A stretch of 64,000 nt of DNA, taken from NCBI GenBank assembly GCA_045863395.1, contig BTVJ01000002.1, positions 224,001 through 288,000 on the forward strand, written 5' to 3'. Origin of the DNA: Myxococcales bacterium. GTDB taxonomy: Bacteria; Myxococcota_A; UBA9042; JABWCM01; BTVJ01. The position numbers and the translations under genes are program-made. This document shows positions 51,076-60,516 of the stretch, piece after piece (within the stretch, counting starts at the first letter, position 1; each line of letters starts with the position of its first letter). Under the pieces are notes generated by a model. The model saw only the letters and a list, made by a program, of their open reading frames with translations. It searched no databases and was not told where the DNA came from.

Positions 51076-51513
51076 TTACTCCAGGACGGGCCGCGGAAAC
51101 TCGCAGAGCGCCGCAGCCTGCGTGTCGTCGTCGAGCATCTCTGCGATGGTCGTGTTGCCAAACGTGGACTCCACCTTGGCCGTCGCCTGATCCAGGCGGT
51201 GGTGGAGCGCGCACAGCCGCGTGCCGTGGGCGGCGAGGCCGAGGGGGCACGTCGTGATGCGCCGGATGGGGTCCACCGCGTTGATCACCTCGAGCACCGT
51301 CACCTCGGTGGCCTCACGCGCCATGCGGAAGCCTCCGCGCAGCCCCCGCTGGGAGCTGAGGATGCCGGCGCGCGCCAGGCTCTGGAGCACCTTGGCGAGG
51401 TAGCCGGGGGGGACCTTGGTCGACGACGCGATGTCCTGGGTGGTCAGGGCTCCCCTCGCCATGGCGAGGTGGACGACGGCGCGGAGTGCATACTCGGCAG
51501 TTTGTGACAGCAC
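51076..51513 (-). CDS. Rrf2-family transcriptional regulator
   Basis: TAEYALRA, YLAKVL, SQRGLRGGF; CPLG..C motif. Confidence 0.92.
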   Translation of the reverse strand: MLSQTAEYALRAVVHLAMARGALTTQDIASSTKVPPGYLAKVLQSLARAGILSSQRGLRGGFRMAREATEVTVLEVINAVDPIRRITTCPLGLAAHGTRLCALHHRLDQATAKVESTFGNTTIAEMLDDDTQAAALCEFPRPVLE

Positions 51514-51636
51514 GGGGGGGTCATCTCCTCTCTCTGGCGGCCGACGACTTCGAGCCTTCCAGGGTTGGATGTCGAGTGTAGAGCCCAGGGTGTCCCCTGT
51601 CCAATCCGAATTCTCCCTTCACGGGATGAGTCGACC

Positions 51637-51981
51637 TCAGTAGGTCGGCACAGTCGGATCAACCTCCCGGCTCCACGCGTCGATGCCACCGAGCAGGTTC
51701 AGCGGCTGGGCCATGCCTCGCTGGCGGAACCACATGGCCGCGTGGTGGCTTCGTCCGCCGATGTGGCAGAAGAACACGACGGGTGACCCGTCGTCCTCGG
51801 CGAGCAGCGCGTCCGCCGTCTCCTCGCTGTCGAGCAGCACCGATGGCTCGATGGTGCACAGCTCGCGCTCCATGGGGGTGCGCACGTCGACCAGCTTGAG
51901 TGGCTCGCCCCGGTCGAGGAGCGCCTTGAGCTGCTCACAGGTGATGGTCCCGATCATGGCCCCCGGATCCTGCTGAAACAT
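51637..51981 (-). CDS. Rhodanese-like sulfurtransferase
   Basis: LVDVRTPME, CHIGGRS and GGIDAWS..DP motifs. Confidence 0.9.
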   Translation of the reverse strand: MFQQDPGAMIGTITCEQLKALLDRGEPLKLVDVRTPMERELCTIEPSVLLDSEETADALLAEDDGSPVVFFCHIGGRSHHAAMWFRQRGMAQPLNLLGGIDAWSREVDPTVPTY

Positions 51982-52061
51982 GGATGCCTCCTGGCAGGGA
52001 TGGTGCCCCGCACACGTGCCTGTGTGCCACAAATAGCGGACCGGCGCAATCCTATATTGCG

Positions 52062-52964
52062 TCAGGGGGGCGCCGTACGCGACGCGCGAGCCGCCACGAC
52101 GACCCCGGCCAGTGTCACGGCGCAGCCGGCGAGGACTCCTGGGCTCGGCACCTCCGCGAGGACCGCCCAGCCCAGGAGCGTCGCGCTCACGGGCTCCCCG
52201 AGGGTCGAGATCCCCACCGCCGTCGGGGTGGTCCACCGGAGCGCCCATGTCAGGAGCGTGTGGCCGACGAGCTGAGGCACGAGCGCCGCCAGCACGAGCC
52301 ACCCGGCCGCCTCCGCCGTTGGGGGCAGGGGGGAGTGGCCCAGCGCCGCGGCCGCGCCGAGGAGCGCGACTCCTCCGACCGCCGTGGCCACTCCGGCGAA
52401 GGCGAGCACGGGCAGGGCGTGGCCCAGGCGCCGCGCGACCAGCAGGTACCCGGCCATGGCGGCGGCCCCAAGGGCCGCGAGGGCGTCGCCGGCCAGGGCG
52501 TCTCCACCGCCCGCGTGGCTGGCGCCGATGGTCGCCACGCCCACGACGCCGAGGCCGAGCGCCCCCCAGAGCCGGCGCTCCGGGCGGTCGCGTCCCGACA
52601 CCAGCGCCACCGTAGCGAGGAGCAGGGGTGTCGCCGTCACGATGGTGACGGACGCGGCCACCGAGGTCAGGCCGAGGGAGGCGACCCAGGCGCCGAAGTG
52701 GACGCCGTAGAGCAGGCCAGCGGCGGCGCCCAGCCGCAGGACGGTGGCCGTGAGGCGCCCGGCGGCCCGGGCGCGCAGCGTGAGGGGCAGCAGGAGCGTC
52801 GCGGCGACGACCAGCCGGAACCCAGCGGCGACCAGCGGGTGGGTGGGGGCAGCGAGGCGGAAGAAGATCGCCGCGAAGGAGAGCGCGGCGGCAGCCCCCG
52901 CGAGCGCCAGGGCGATGCGCCGGGGGGCGCGGTGCGAGGGCGCCTGCGCGTCCGCGCGACACAT
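52062..52964 (-). CDS. DMT/EamA family transporter
   Basis: About 10 hydrophobic segments; GDALA, LVGHTLL and EPV motifs. Confidence 0.88.
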   Translation of the reverse strand: MCRADAQAPSHRAPRRIALALAGAAAALSFAAIFFRLAAPTHPLVAAGFRLVVAATLLLPLTLRARAAGRLTATVLRLGAAAGLLYGVHFGAWVASLGLTSVAASVTIVTATPLLLATVALVSGRDRPERRLWGALGLGVVGVATIGASHAGGGDALAGDALAALGAAAMAGYLLVARRLGHALPVLAFAGVATAVGGVALLGAAAALGHSPLPPTAEAAGWLVLAALVPQLVGHTLLTWALRWTTPTAVGISTLGEPVSATLLGWAVLAEVPSPGVLAGCAVTLAGVVVAARASRTAPP

Positions 52965-52975
52965 CGGGCCGGGCG

Positions 52976-55900
52976 TCAAGGCAGGTTCAGGCAGGTCACG
53001 CCCTCGAAGACGGCGCGGTTGTTCCCCTCGTGGCACTCCTTGCTCTCGGCGCCGAAGTCCGCGATGACGTGGATGGTGTGCGGCTGCCCCCCCTTGATGA
53101 GCATCGGGCAGGTCAGCTTCTCGCAGTCTCCCGGGTGCAGCACGGCCGCCGTCGCCAGCAGGCACGCGATGGCGCCGCTGGCCTCGGGTGCGCCGTCGTA
53201 GAAGGCGACCGGCACGCCCGCGTCCACGGGTGCCGCGCCGCGGTTGCACACGGCCGCGCTCACCAGCAGCGAGCTCCCGGGTCCGCAGTTGCCGAGCAGC
53301 AGGGGCTGGGCCGTGAGATCCGGGGCGGCCGTCGGGTCCAGGTCCCCTTGCACGTTCTGCATGAAGTTGTTGAGCCCCGGGACCTGCCAGTTCTCCGGTG
53401 AGCCTGCGGGGGGCAGCGTGCCGTCCTCGTCCACGTTGGTGACGAAGTACATGTGCTGGTTCCAGACCGTCCGCGAGGTCGCCCAGTTGTCGCCCACGTC
53501 GCCGAACACCCGCAAGGCGTCGAACTTGCCGGGGTGAGACGCGCGGCAGACGTTGTCCTTGCCCGGAGTGTTGGGCAGCGGCGCCATGCACGCGAACCCG
53601 GCCCCGCAGGAGGCGTCGTCGGTGCAGCGGCAGTAGCCGACCTTGCAGGTGGCGCCGGCGCCGCAGTCCGCCGAGGTCTGGCACCGGAGGCCGCGGAAGT
53701 ACGGGTCCACGGACGGGCAGGTCACGTTGCAGTTCGTGTTGGAGCCGACGACCACCTCGCTGCGGAAGTCCCCGTCCACGTCCGCCACGATGGGGTTCTC
53801 GTACCAGGTGCCCGACGAGCGCGCCTGGCTGAAGAGGATCTCGCCCGTCAGGCCCGAGTAGACCCGCACGAAGCACTCGTCTGCGTAGACCGCCTCCGCC
53901 AGTCCGTCCGCCTCGAAGTCGAAGACGCTGGAGCCGGTCACCGACGACGAGTAGTCCTGGGAGGGCACCGACCACAGGATGCCGTCGCCCCAGCATCCGA
54001 AGGGCGGTGGGCTCCCGGCGCAGCCCGGATCGAAGACCGTGTAGGAGCCTCGGCCTGCCAGCGCCACCTCGGGGCTGCCGTCCCCGTCGAAGTCCCCGAC
54101 CGTCGGCGGGCCGCCGGTGCCTTTGGTGGGGGCCGGCGGGAAGAAGGGCAGGTCGTAGGGTCCGTACACCACCTGGCCCGCCAGCGTCTGGATGCGCACC
54201 GTACCCTGGCTGACGACCACGACCTCTGGCAGCGGCTCAGTGAGGCCGGGGACGGCCCAGGTGCCGAAGTCGGCCAGCGCGACGAAGCCGTCCGTGCCGC
54301 CGCCGGACCAGGGCTCCTTGACCCAGGCGCTCCCGTTGAACTGCCAGACGCCGTCGCCCCGGACCAGCTCCCGGTGTCCGTCCCCGTCCACGTCGGCGAC
54401 GACGGAGAGCGGGCCGTTGGCGACGCTCTTGAGGCCCAGGTTGTCTGCGATGACCACGCCTGCGTTGTTGTAGAGGATGGCCCCCTGGAGCACCTCGGGC
54501 ACCCCATCGCCGTCCACGTCCGCGAGGGTGGGGCCTCCGTAGCGGACGCCGGTCGTGGGGACCGTGTCCGGCTGACCCGCCTTGGTCGACGTCCAGTGCA
54601 CACCCCACGCGGCGCCGCCCCACCGGAACGCGACCAGGCCGCCTCCCTCCTTGAGTGCCACGATCTCCGGGCGCCCGTCACCGTCCAGGTCGCCCAGCGC
54701 CAGGGTCGCCGCCGCGACCACCCGTGGCTCGCCGATGACGTGGAGCTGCTCGCAGGTGCGGCCGTCGAGGATCCGGATCACGCCGGCTCCGAAGGAGTTG
54801 GGTTGGTCGCAGCCGGCCTCTCCCGTGGGGATGACGATGCTCGGGTGGACGGTCGAGGGGTCGTCGTCCAGATCCAGGTCCACCACCGTCGGGGTCGCGA
54901 TGACGGTGATACTGCTCGGGTAGGGATCGCCCTCCGGTGGGGCGGTCCACTCGCACTGGAGCGCCGGGTGGAACTGGCCGACGATCGTCGGTTTTGCGCA
55001 GCCGGCGTCCCAGCTCGGGAGGGGGCCGATGCCCCAGGGTACGCACTGTCCGCCGTCGCAGGTGGTGTCGTTGGAGCAGCCGTCCGTGTCCGCGCACGGA
55101 GACGGCGAGACACAGACGCCGTAGACGCACGCGGTCGCCGCACAGCAGTCCGCCGCCTCGTCGCAGAGCTCCACTACGCCCGGCAGGACCGTGGGGTCTC
55201 CGTCGTCGCAGTCTCCTCCGGCGGTCGCCGTCCAGTCCCCGTCCGGGGTGCACAGACACTGGCTCTGCCCGACCTCGCCGTAGCCGTCGCCGTCGGCGTC
55301 CTTCCAGTAGGGCTGGCACCCGAAGGCTCCCGGCTCGTTGACCTCGCCGTCGCAGTCCTCGTCGCCGCCCCAGCACAGCTCCTGGGCGAAGGGGTTCACC
55401 GCGGCGTCCTCGTCGTCACAGTCGCCGCCCACGGAGACCGGGAGAGCCACCGTCGGCGCGCACAAGCACACGACTGACGCCGTCGCCCCGAAGCCGTCGC
55501 CGTCCGCGTCGGGGAACCGGTCTGCGCACCCCACGGCGCCCGCCTCGTTCACCTGGCCGTCGCAGTCCTCGTCACCCGGCTCGCAGGTCTCCGCGGCGCC
55601 GGGGTGGACCGCCTCGTCGCCGTCGTCGCAGTCGCCGCCAGTGGTCGCCGTGTGCGTGCCCTCTGGTCCGCAGAGGCAGGCGGCGCTGGACGTCACCCCT
55701 GCTCCGTCGCCATCAGCGTCCTGGTAGAGGAGCTCGCAGCCCCCGGCGCCCGGACCGTCCACCACCCCGTCACAGTCGTCGTCCACGGTGTTGCAGGTCT
55801 CCGTGGCGCCCGGGTGGATCGCGTCGTCGCCGTCGTCGCAGTCGCCGCCGGCCAGGGCGGTGTGGGTGCCTCCATCGCAGACGCAGGCTGCGGTCGTGCC

Positions 55901-57109
55901 CCAGCCGTCGCCGTCCTCGTCGAGGAAGCGGGCCTCGCACCCGATAGCGCCCGACTCGTCCGTCTGCCCGTCGCAGTCGTCGTCCTTGCCGTTGCAGCTC
56001 TCTGGGGCGGTCGGCTTCACATCCGGGTCCCCGTCGTCGCAGTCCCCCGCCTGGAGCGCCGTGTGCGGGGCAGACGCCGCGCACAGGCACAGGGGGTCGC
56101 CGGCGCCGAAGGTGTCGCCGTCGTCGTCGCGGAAGTAGGGCACGCACCCTCCAGCGCCGGCCTCGTCCACCTCGCCGTCGCAGTCCTCGTCGCCGCCGCC
56201 GCACACCTCGGCTCCGGCCGGGTGGGCCGCCGGGTTGGCGTCGTCGCAGTCCCCGCCCTGCGTGGCTGTCCAGGGGGGTTGGGGTGCGCAGAGACAGCGG
56301 GTCTCCGTGCCGCCGGCGCCGTCCCCGTCGCCGTCCATGTGCCAGACGAGGCACCCGGAGGCGTCCTGCTCGTCCGTCGCGCCGTCGCAGTCGTCGTCCT
56401 TGCCGTTGCACGCCTCGGGTGCGGGTGTCTTGGCGCTGCACTCCGTCCAGCCCGTCGCGCCCGCGCAGGTGCGGGTACCCGCGCAGGTGCCGTGTTCACT
56501 TTCGGAAGAGCAGGGCTCGCTCTGCCCCGACCGCCCGGCGAAGCACTCGCAGGAGCCCGTCGACGGGCGGCACTGCCCCGCCTCGCAGGAGTAGCCGTCC
56601 GGGCAGTCTGCTCCCGTGGTGCAGGTGGTGCCGCACCGCTGCCCCTCCGCGGTGGGTACGCACTGGTCTGCCGGGCCGCCGCACTCCGCGTCGCTCCCGC
56701 AGGGCTTGCACAGGTCCCAGCGCGTGGGCACACAGAGGTAGACCACGTCGGGGGGGAGGTTGATGACGCTCTTGCACACGTAGGCGGCCGGGCAGGTCTC
56801 GAGGCAGGTCTCGGTGCAGATGCTCTCGTCCGGGCCGTTGAGGCACCAGCCCGACTCGCAGTCCTGGTTGGTGACGCAGGGCTCGCCGGTGCCGGCCAGC
56901 GGAGTGCGTCCGGCGGTGTCTGGCGTCACGTCGGGCTTCGTGCCGCCATCGGGGGTCGGCAGGACCCCCAGGTCGCCGGACTCCGCCGCGTCGGCCGTGT
57001 CCGTCACCACGTTGGCGCCCGCGTCCCCGTCGCCGGTCGCACCCCTGACGCCGTCCTCGCTGCAGGCCAGGAGCGGTACGAGCGCCAGGACCATCCACCA
57101 TGTGCGCAT
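52976..57109 (-). CDS. Large lipoprotein with MopE-like repeats, FG-GAP/VCBS propeller and C-terminal CARDB-like domain
   Basis: LLA-C lipobox; DCDD..HPGA.E.C...DDDCDG repeats; GDLDGDGRPEIV repeats; ECHEGNN. Confidence 0.85.
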   Translation of the reverse strand: MRTWWMVLALVPLLACSEDGVRGATGDGDAGANVVTDTADAAESGDLGVLPTPDGGTKPDVTPDTAGRTPLAGTGEPCVTNQDCESGWCLNGPDESICTETCLETCPAAYVCKSVINLPPDVVYLCVPTRWDLCKPCGSDAECGGPADQCVPTAEGQRCGTTCTTGADCPDGYSCEAGQCRPSTGSCECFAGRSGQSEPCSSESEHGTCAGTRTCAGATGWTECSAKTPAPEACNGKDDDCDGATDEQDASGCLVWHMDGDGDGAGGTETRCLCAPQPPWTATQGGDCDDANPAAHPAGAEVCGGGDEDCDGEVDEAGAGGCVPYFRDDDGDTFGAGDPLCLCAASAPHTALQAGDCDDGDPDVKPTAPESCNGKDDDCDGQTDESGAIGCEARFLDEDGDGWGTTAACVCDGGTHTALAGGDCDDGDDAIHPGATETCNTVDDDCDGVVDGPGAGGCELLYQDADGDGAGVTSSAACLCGPEGTHTATTGGDCDDGDEAVHPGAAETCEPGDEDCDGQVNEAGAVGCADRFPDADGDGFGATASVVCLCAPTVALPVSVGGDCDDEDAAVNPFAQELCWGGDEDCDGEVNEPGAFGCQPYWKDADGDGYGEVGQSQCLCTPDGDWTATAGGDCDDGDPTVLPGVVELCDEAADCCAATACVYGVCVSPSPCADTDGCSNDTTCDGGQCVPWGIGPLPSWDAGCAKPTIVGQFHPALQCEWTAPPEGDPYPSSITVIATPTVVDLDLDDDPSTVHPSIVIPTGEAGCDQPNSFGAGVIRILDGRTCEQLHVIGEPRVVAAATLALGDLDGDGRPEIVALKEGGGLVAFRWGGAAWGVHWTSTKAGQPDTVPTTGVRYGGPTLADVDGDGVPEVLQGAILYNNAGVVIADNLGLKSVANGPLSVVADVDGDGHRELVRGDGVWQFNGSAWVKEPWSGGGTDGFVALADFGTWAVPGLTEPLPEVVVVSQGTVRIQTLAGQVVYGPYDLPFFPPAPTKGTGGPPTVGDFDGDGSPEVALAGRGSYTVFDPGCAGSPPPFGCWGDGILWSVPSQDYSSSVTGSSVFDFEADGLAEAVYADECFVRVYSGLTGEILFSQARSSGTWYENPIVADVDGDFRSEVVVGSNTNCNVTCPSVDPYFRGLRCQTSADCGAGATCKVGYCRCTDDASCGAGFACMAPLPNTPGKDNVCRASHPGKFDALRVFGDVGDNWATSRTVWNQHMYFVTNVDEDGTLPPAGSPENWQVPGLNNFMQNVQGDLDPTAAPDLTAQPLLLGNCGPGSSLLVSAAVCNRGAAPVDAGVPVAFYDGAPEASGAIACLLATAAVLHPGDCEKLTCPMLIKGGQPHTIHVIADFGAESKECHEGNNRAVFEGVTCLNLP

Positions 57110-57208
57110 GTCAACCTCCCGCGGTCGTTCGCGGCCAAGCATACCGCCACAACGGGCGCCGCGGCCAGCGCAGCGCGAGATGGGAGTGCGGTCCGGACGC
57201 AGCGGCGC

Positions 57209-57856
57209 TCAGCGCCCCACGAGCCGCGACGTGACCATGTAGCGGAAGATGAACTCCAGGACCTCGACGTGGTGGAGCGCCGCCTCCGTGGTGCGCCCCC
57301 AGACCGTGGCGCCGTGGCCGTGGATCATGAGCGCCGGGACCGCGGGCGGGTTGGCCGCAAAGCGCTGCTCGATCTCGGCGGCGATGCGCGGGACGTCCGG
57401 TTGGTTGGCGAACACGGGGATGCTGACCCGCGGGTCTCCGTCCCACACCCCGAGGCCCTTGATCATCTCGACCGGTGGGAGGGCGATGTCCTGGCCGCCG
57501 GCGAGGTCCGACACGACGGACGCCTCGACCGTGTGCACGTGGTAGACCGCCTTGGCGGCCGGGAACAGGCGGTAGAGGGCCAGGTGGATGGTGGTCTCCG
57601 CGGAGGGGCGGTCCTCGGGGAGCCCCCTGGCGGCGACCACCCCGTCGGGGTCGACGAGCACGAAGTCCGGCGAGCCCAGGGTGCCCTTGTGGCGACCGCT
57701 GGCCGTGATCCAGATGCGGCCGTCGTCGCGCCGTGCGCTGAGGTTGCCCGCGGTGCCCACCATCCAGCCGAGGCCGTAGAAGCGCCTGGACGCCCGCATC
57801 ATGGCGACGCGGGGGTCGCCCGCGCGCAGCTTCATCTCGCTCTTGGTGTCAATCAC
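57209..57856 (-). CDS. mtnB: Methylthioribulose-1-phosphate dehydratase
   Basis: Class II aldolase motifs GTAGNLS, PSAETTIH, HVH and HGHG; mtn cluster context. Confidence 0.92.
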   Translation of the reverse strand: MIDTKSEMKLRAGDPRVAMMRASRRFYGLGWMVGTAGNLSARRDDGRIWITASGRHKGTLGSPDFVLVDPDGVVAARGLPEDRPSAETTIHLALYRLFPAAKAVYHVHTVEASVVSDLAGGQDIALPPVEMIKGLGVWDGDPRVSIPVFANQPDVPRIAAEIEQRFAANPPAVPALMIHGHGATVWGRTTEAALHHVEVLEFIFRYMVTSRLVGR

Positions 57857-59004
57857 CGGTGCTGCGCCTCCAGGGCGCGCCGGAGCGGACCGCGGGGGGC
57901 GGTGGCGAGGTCCTGCCCGGCCGCATGGAGCGCGAGCGCCTCGTGGAAGGCGCGCACCCCGTCGCCCGGCCCGTCGGGGTGGTCCATGATGCCGGTGCCG
58001 GCGTTGAGGATCACGTCCTGCCCCCAGTCGGCACACAGCCGCGGGACCAGGCCCGCGTGGACGCCTGCCGACGGCACCGGGAAGACGCCGGCGGCACCAA
58101 GGATGGTGCGCAGGGACACCTCGTCCTCCCGCGAGAACGGCAGGCTCCCGAGGGTGGTGGGCAGCAGCACTGCGTCCGCCCCTCCAGCCGCCATGAGGGT
58201 GCCGAGGACCACCGGGTAGCCGAGCCCGTGGTCGGGCGGCAGGCAGAGGGCGCCAGAGAAGGCCGGGTGAGCGAAGATGGGCACGCTGATCACCGGGTCG
58301 GCGGCCAGCGCCTCCAGGATGGGGAAGCCGTAGGTCAGCACGTTGAGCAGGAGCGCGCTCGCCCCCTCGCTGACCAGCATGCGCGCCTTCTCGAGGAGGC
58401 GGTCCGCGCGCCCCGTCAGGTTGACGGCGTACAGCGTGCGCTTGCCGGTCTCCGCCTCCACCTGCTCCAGGACATTGGCGCAGCGGGCGAGGCGCTCGAA
58501 GGTCGGCGCGCTCGGCAGGTCGCCGAGGATCTCGTCGTCCTTGATGATGTCGAGCCCGGCGCGGGCGACCTCACCGGCGATGCTCGCGTGCTCGGCGGCG
58601 GACAGCCCGAGGGACGGCTTGAAGATCGCCATGACCAGCGGCCGCCCCTGCACCCCGGCGACGGCGCGGATGCCGGCGACCCCGAACCGGGGGCGCGTCC
58701 CGTAGCCCGGGGGCAGGCGGAGGCCCACGACCTTCGCAGGCCCCGCCATGGAGTACTTGCCGAGGATCATGGTCAGGAGCGAGGCGACGTCCCCCTCCAC
58801 GTTGTCGGCCGGGAACGCGACGGTGGCGACGGACGGGCCGTCGCCGTGGATCGCGATCACCTCGCCCAGGTGCCCCCGGAGGCGCGCGTCCTGCGCGGCC
58901 CAGCGCTCGCTCCACGTCCCCGCCGTCTGGCCGACCGCGATCACGCTGGCCTGCTTCGCGGCGTCCACCCCCGCCGGGAACCGGTAGTCCACCTCGATGC
59001 GCAT
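57853..59004 (-). CDS. mtnW: RuBisCO-like protein (2,3-diketo-5-methylthiopentyl-1-phosphate enolase)
   Basis: IFKP, DIIKDDE, AHPA and PVPSAG motifs; flanked by mtnD and mtnB. Confidence 0.9.
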   Translation of the reverse strand: MRIEVDYRFPAGVDAAKQASVIAVGQTAGTWSERWAAQDARLRGHLGEVIAIHGDGPSVATVAFPADNVEGDVASLLTMILGKYSMAGPAKVVGLRLPPGYGTRPRFGVAGIRAVAGVQGRPLVMAIFKPSLGLSAAEHASIAGEVARAGLDIIKDDEILGDLPSAPTFERLARCANVLEQVEAETGKRTLYAVNLTGRADRLLEKARMLVSEGASALLLNVLTYGFPILEALAADPVISVPIFAHPAFSGALCLPPDHGLGYPVVLGTLMAAGGADAVLLPTTLGSLPFSREDEVSLRTILGAAGVFPVPSAGVHAGLVPRLCADWGQDVILNAGTGIMDHPDGPGDGVRAFHEALALHAAGQDLATAPRGPLRRALEAQHR

Positions 59005-59015
59005 GGCGGGTCCCC

Positions 59016-59558
59016 TCACTTGCGGAAGGCGATGGGGCGGTCCGTGTACTCGGGAGTCCACCCGCTCGCGTCGACGAAGTAGCGCACGGCCTTGATGCGC
59101 CGCGCAGCGGTCAGGTGGAACCAGTGCTCCGTGCCCGCGGGGACGTTGACGTACTCCTCCGCGGTGACGGTGACCTCCACCTGGGAGCCGTCCGGGCGCA
59201 CGAAGCCGAAGACCCCCTCGCCATCGACGATGTAGCGCACCTCGTCGTCGGCGTGGGTGTGCACCCGGTCGAACTTCGCGAGCATGGCGTCGAGGCCGGG
59301 CAGCTCGGGGTGCAGGACGACGAGATCCCGCGCGGCGTAGCCCAAGGTCGTCCGGAGCTGCTGGAAGTAGTGATCGAGGCCGGCGAGGACCTGCTCCTTC
59401 TCGGCGTCCGCGAGGGCCGGCCGCGCGAGCAGGGCCCGCAGCTCCGGGTCGTCCCCGACAGGCCAGGTGGACAGTGAGACGCCGAGCGGCGCGAGCTCCG
59501 CCGAGATGGTGTCGAGGTCGGTCACCGCGCGACCGTCCGGGTGTCTGAGCGTTGCCAT
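59016..59558 (-). CDS. mtnD: Acireductone dioxygenase
   Basis: Cupin motifs HTHADDEVRY and VPAGTEHWF. Confidence 0.92.
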   Translation of the reverse strand: MATLRHPDGRAVTDLDTISAELAPLGVSLSTWPVGDDPELRALLARPALADAEKEQVLAGLDHYFQQLRTTLGYAARDLVVLHPELPGLDAMLAKFDRVHTHADDEVRYIVDGEGVFGFVRPDGSQVEVTVTAEEYVNVPAGTEHWFHLTAARRIKAVRYFVDASGWTPEYTDRPIAFRK

Positions 59559-59631
59559 GGCGTGACCTCCGCGAGCAGGTGCGTCACCCTTCCACACGGC
59601 GTCCGGGCGTGTCAAGGAGCTGGGGGAGGGG

Positions 59632-60324
59632 TCACTCGTCGCGGCTGCCAAGCAGGCCGGAGATCCAGAGGTAATAGAGGAGCTGGGCCACGGCGGCCAC
59701 GGCGCCGGCCACGTAGGTCAGGGCCGCGGCGTTGAGCACGGCGGAGACGCCCCGCCCCTCGTCGCCGCGGGTGAAGCCCATGGCCGGCAGCAGCTCCTTT
59801 GCGCGGGCGGAGGCGTCGAACTCCACCGGGAGGGTGATCAGCACGAAGGCCACGGCCAGGCTGAACGCCAGGATGCCGAGCTTCACCATGCCGAGGGCGC
59901 CGACGACGAGGCCGATTATGATGATGAACATGGCGATGTTGCTGCCGAAGGCCGCCGCCGGGGCCAGGAAGGACCGCACCTGCATGGGCCAGTACTGGCG
60001 TGCGTGCTGGATGGCGTGCCCCACCTCGTGGGCGGCGACGCCCACCGCGGCGACGGAGGTGGAGTCGTACACGTCGGGGGAGAGCCGCAGCTTGCGGTGA
60101 GTGGGGTCGTAGTGGTCGGAGAGCATGCCTCCGACGCGCTCCACCTCCACGTCGTGGATGCCGGAGCGGCGGAGGATCTCGCGGGCGACGTCGGCGCCGG
60201 TCATGCGGCGCATGGTGGGCACCTGGCTCCACTTGCGGAACGCGCCCTTGACCCTGAACTGCGCCCACACCCCCAGCGCGCCGGTCAGCAGTGCGATCAA
60301 GATGTAGACGGGATCGAAGATCAT
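59632..60324 (-). CDS. Membrane zinc metallopeptidase (YugP-like)
   Basis: LSDHYDP, AAHEVGHAIQH, LPVEFDAS and AAALTYVA motifs. Confidence 0.92.
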   Translation of the reverse strand: MIFDPVYILIALLTGALGVWAQFRVKGAFRKWSQVPTMRRMTGADVAREILRRSGIHDVEVERVGGMLSDHYDPTHRKLRLSPDVYDSTSVAAVGVAAHEVGHAIQHARQYWPMQVRSFLAPAAAFGSNIAMFIIIIGLVVGALGMVKLGILAFSLAVAFVLITLPVEFDASARAKELLPAMGFTRGDEGRGVSAVLNAAALTYVAGAVAAVAQLLYYLWISGLLGSRDE

Positions 60325-60516
60325 GGTGTCAAACTCCTTCCGGCATCTGTAGGATCGGCCCCGGGACCACTACGACCACGTGCAGTCCGTCGGGGCCGCG
60401 CAAGTCCGTGGGCGAAGTCAGGGCGGCCCCTGGACCTGTCAACGGGCCGCCCCCCGTGGTGTAGAGCGCGGCAGCGGAACGCTTGATTCCCGGCGCCCGG
60501 CCTGAGCGGAGCGGAG

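Noticed and set aside
57853..59004. Carbon-fixing RuBisCO
   Set aside because: Short form IV-like sequence, no small subunit or phosphoribulokinase gene, flanked by mtnB and mtnD.
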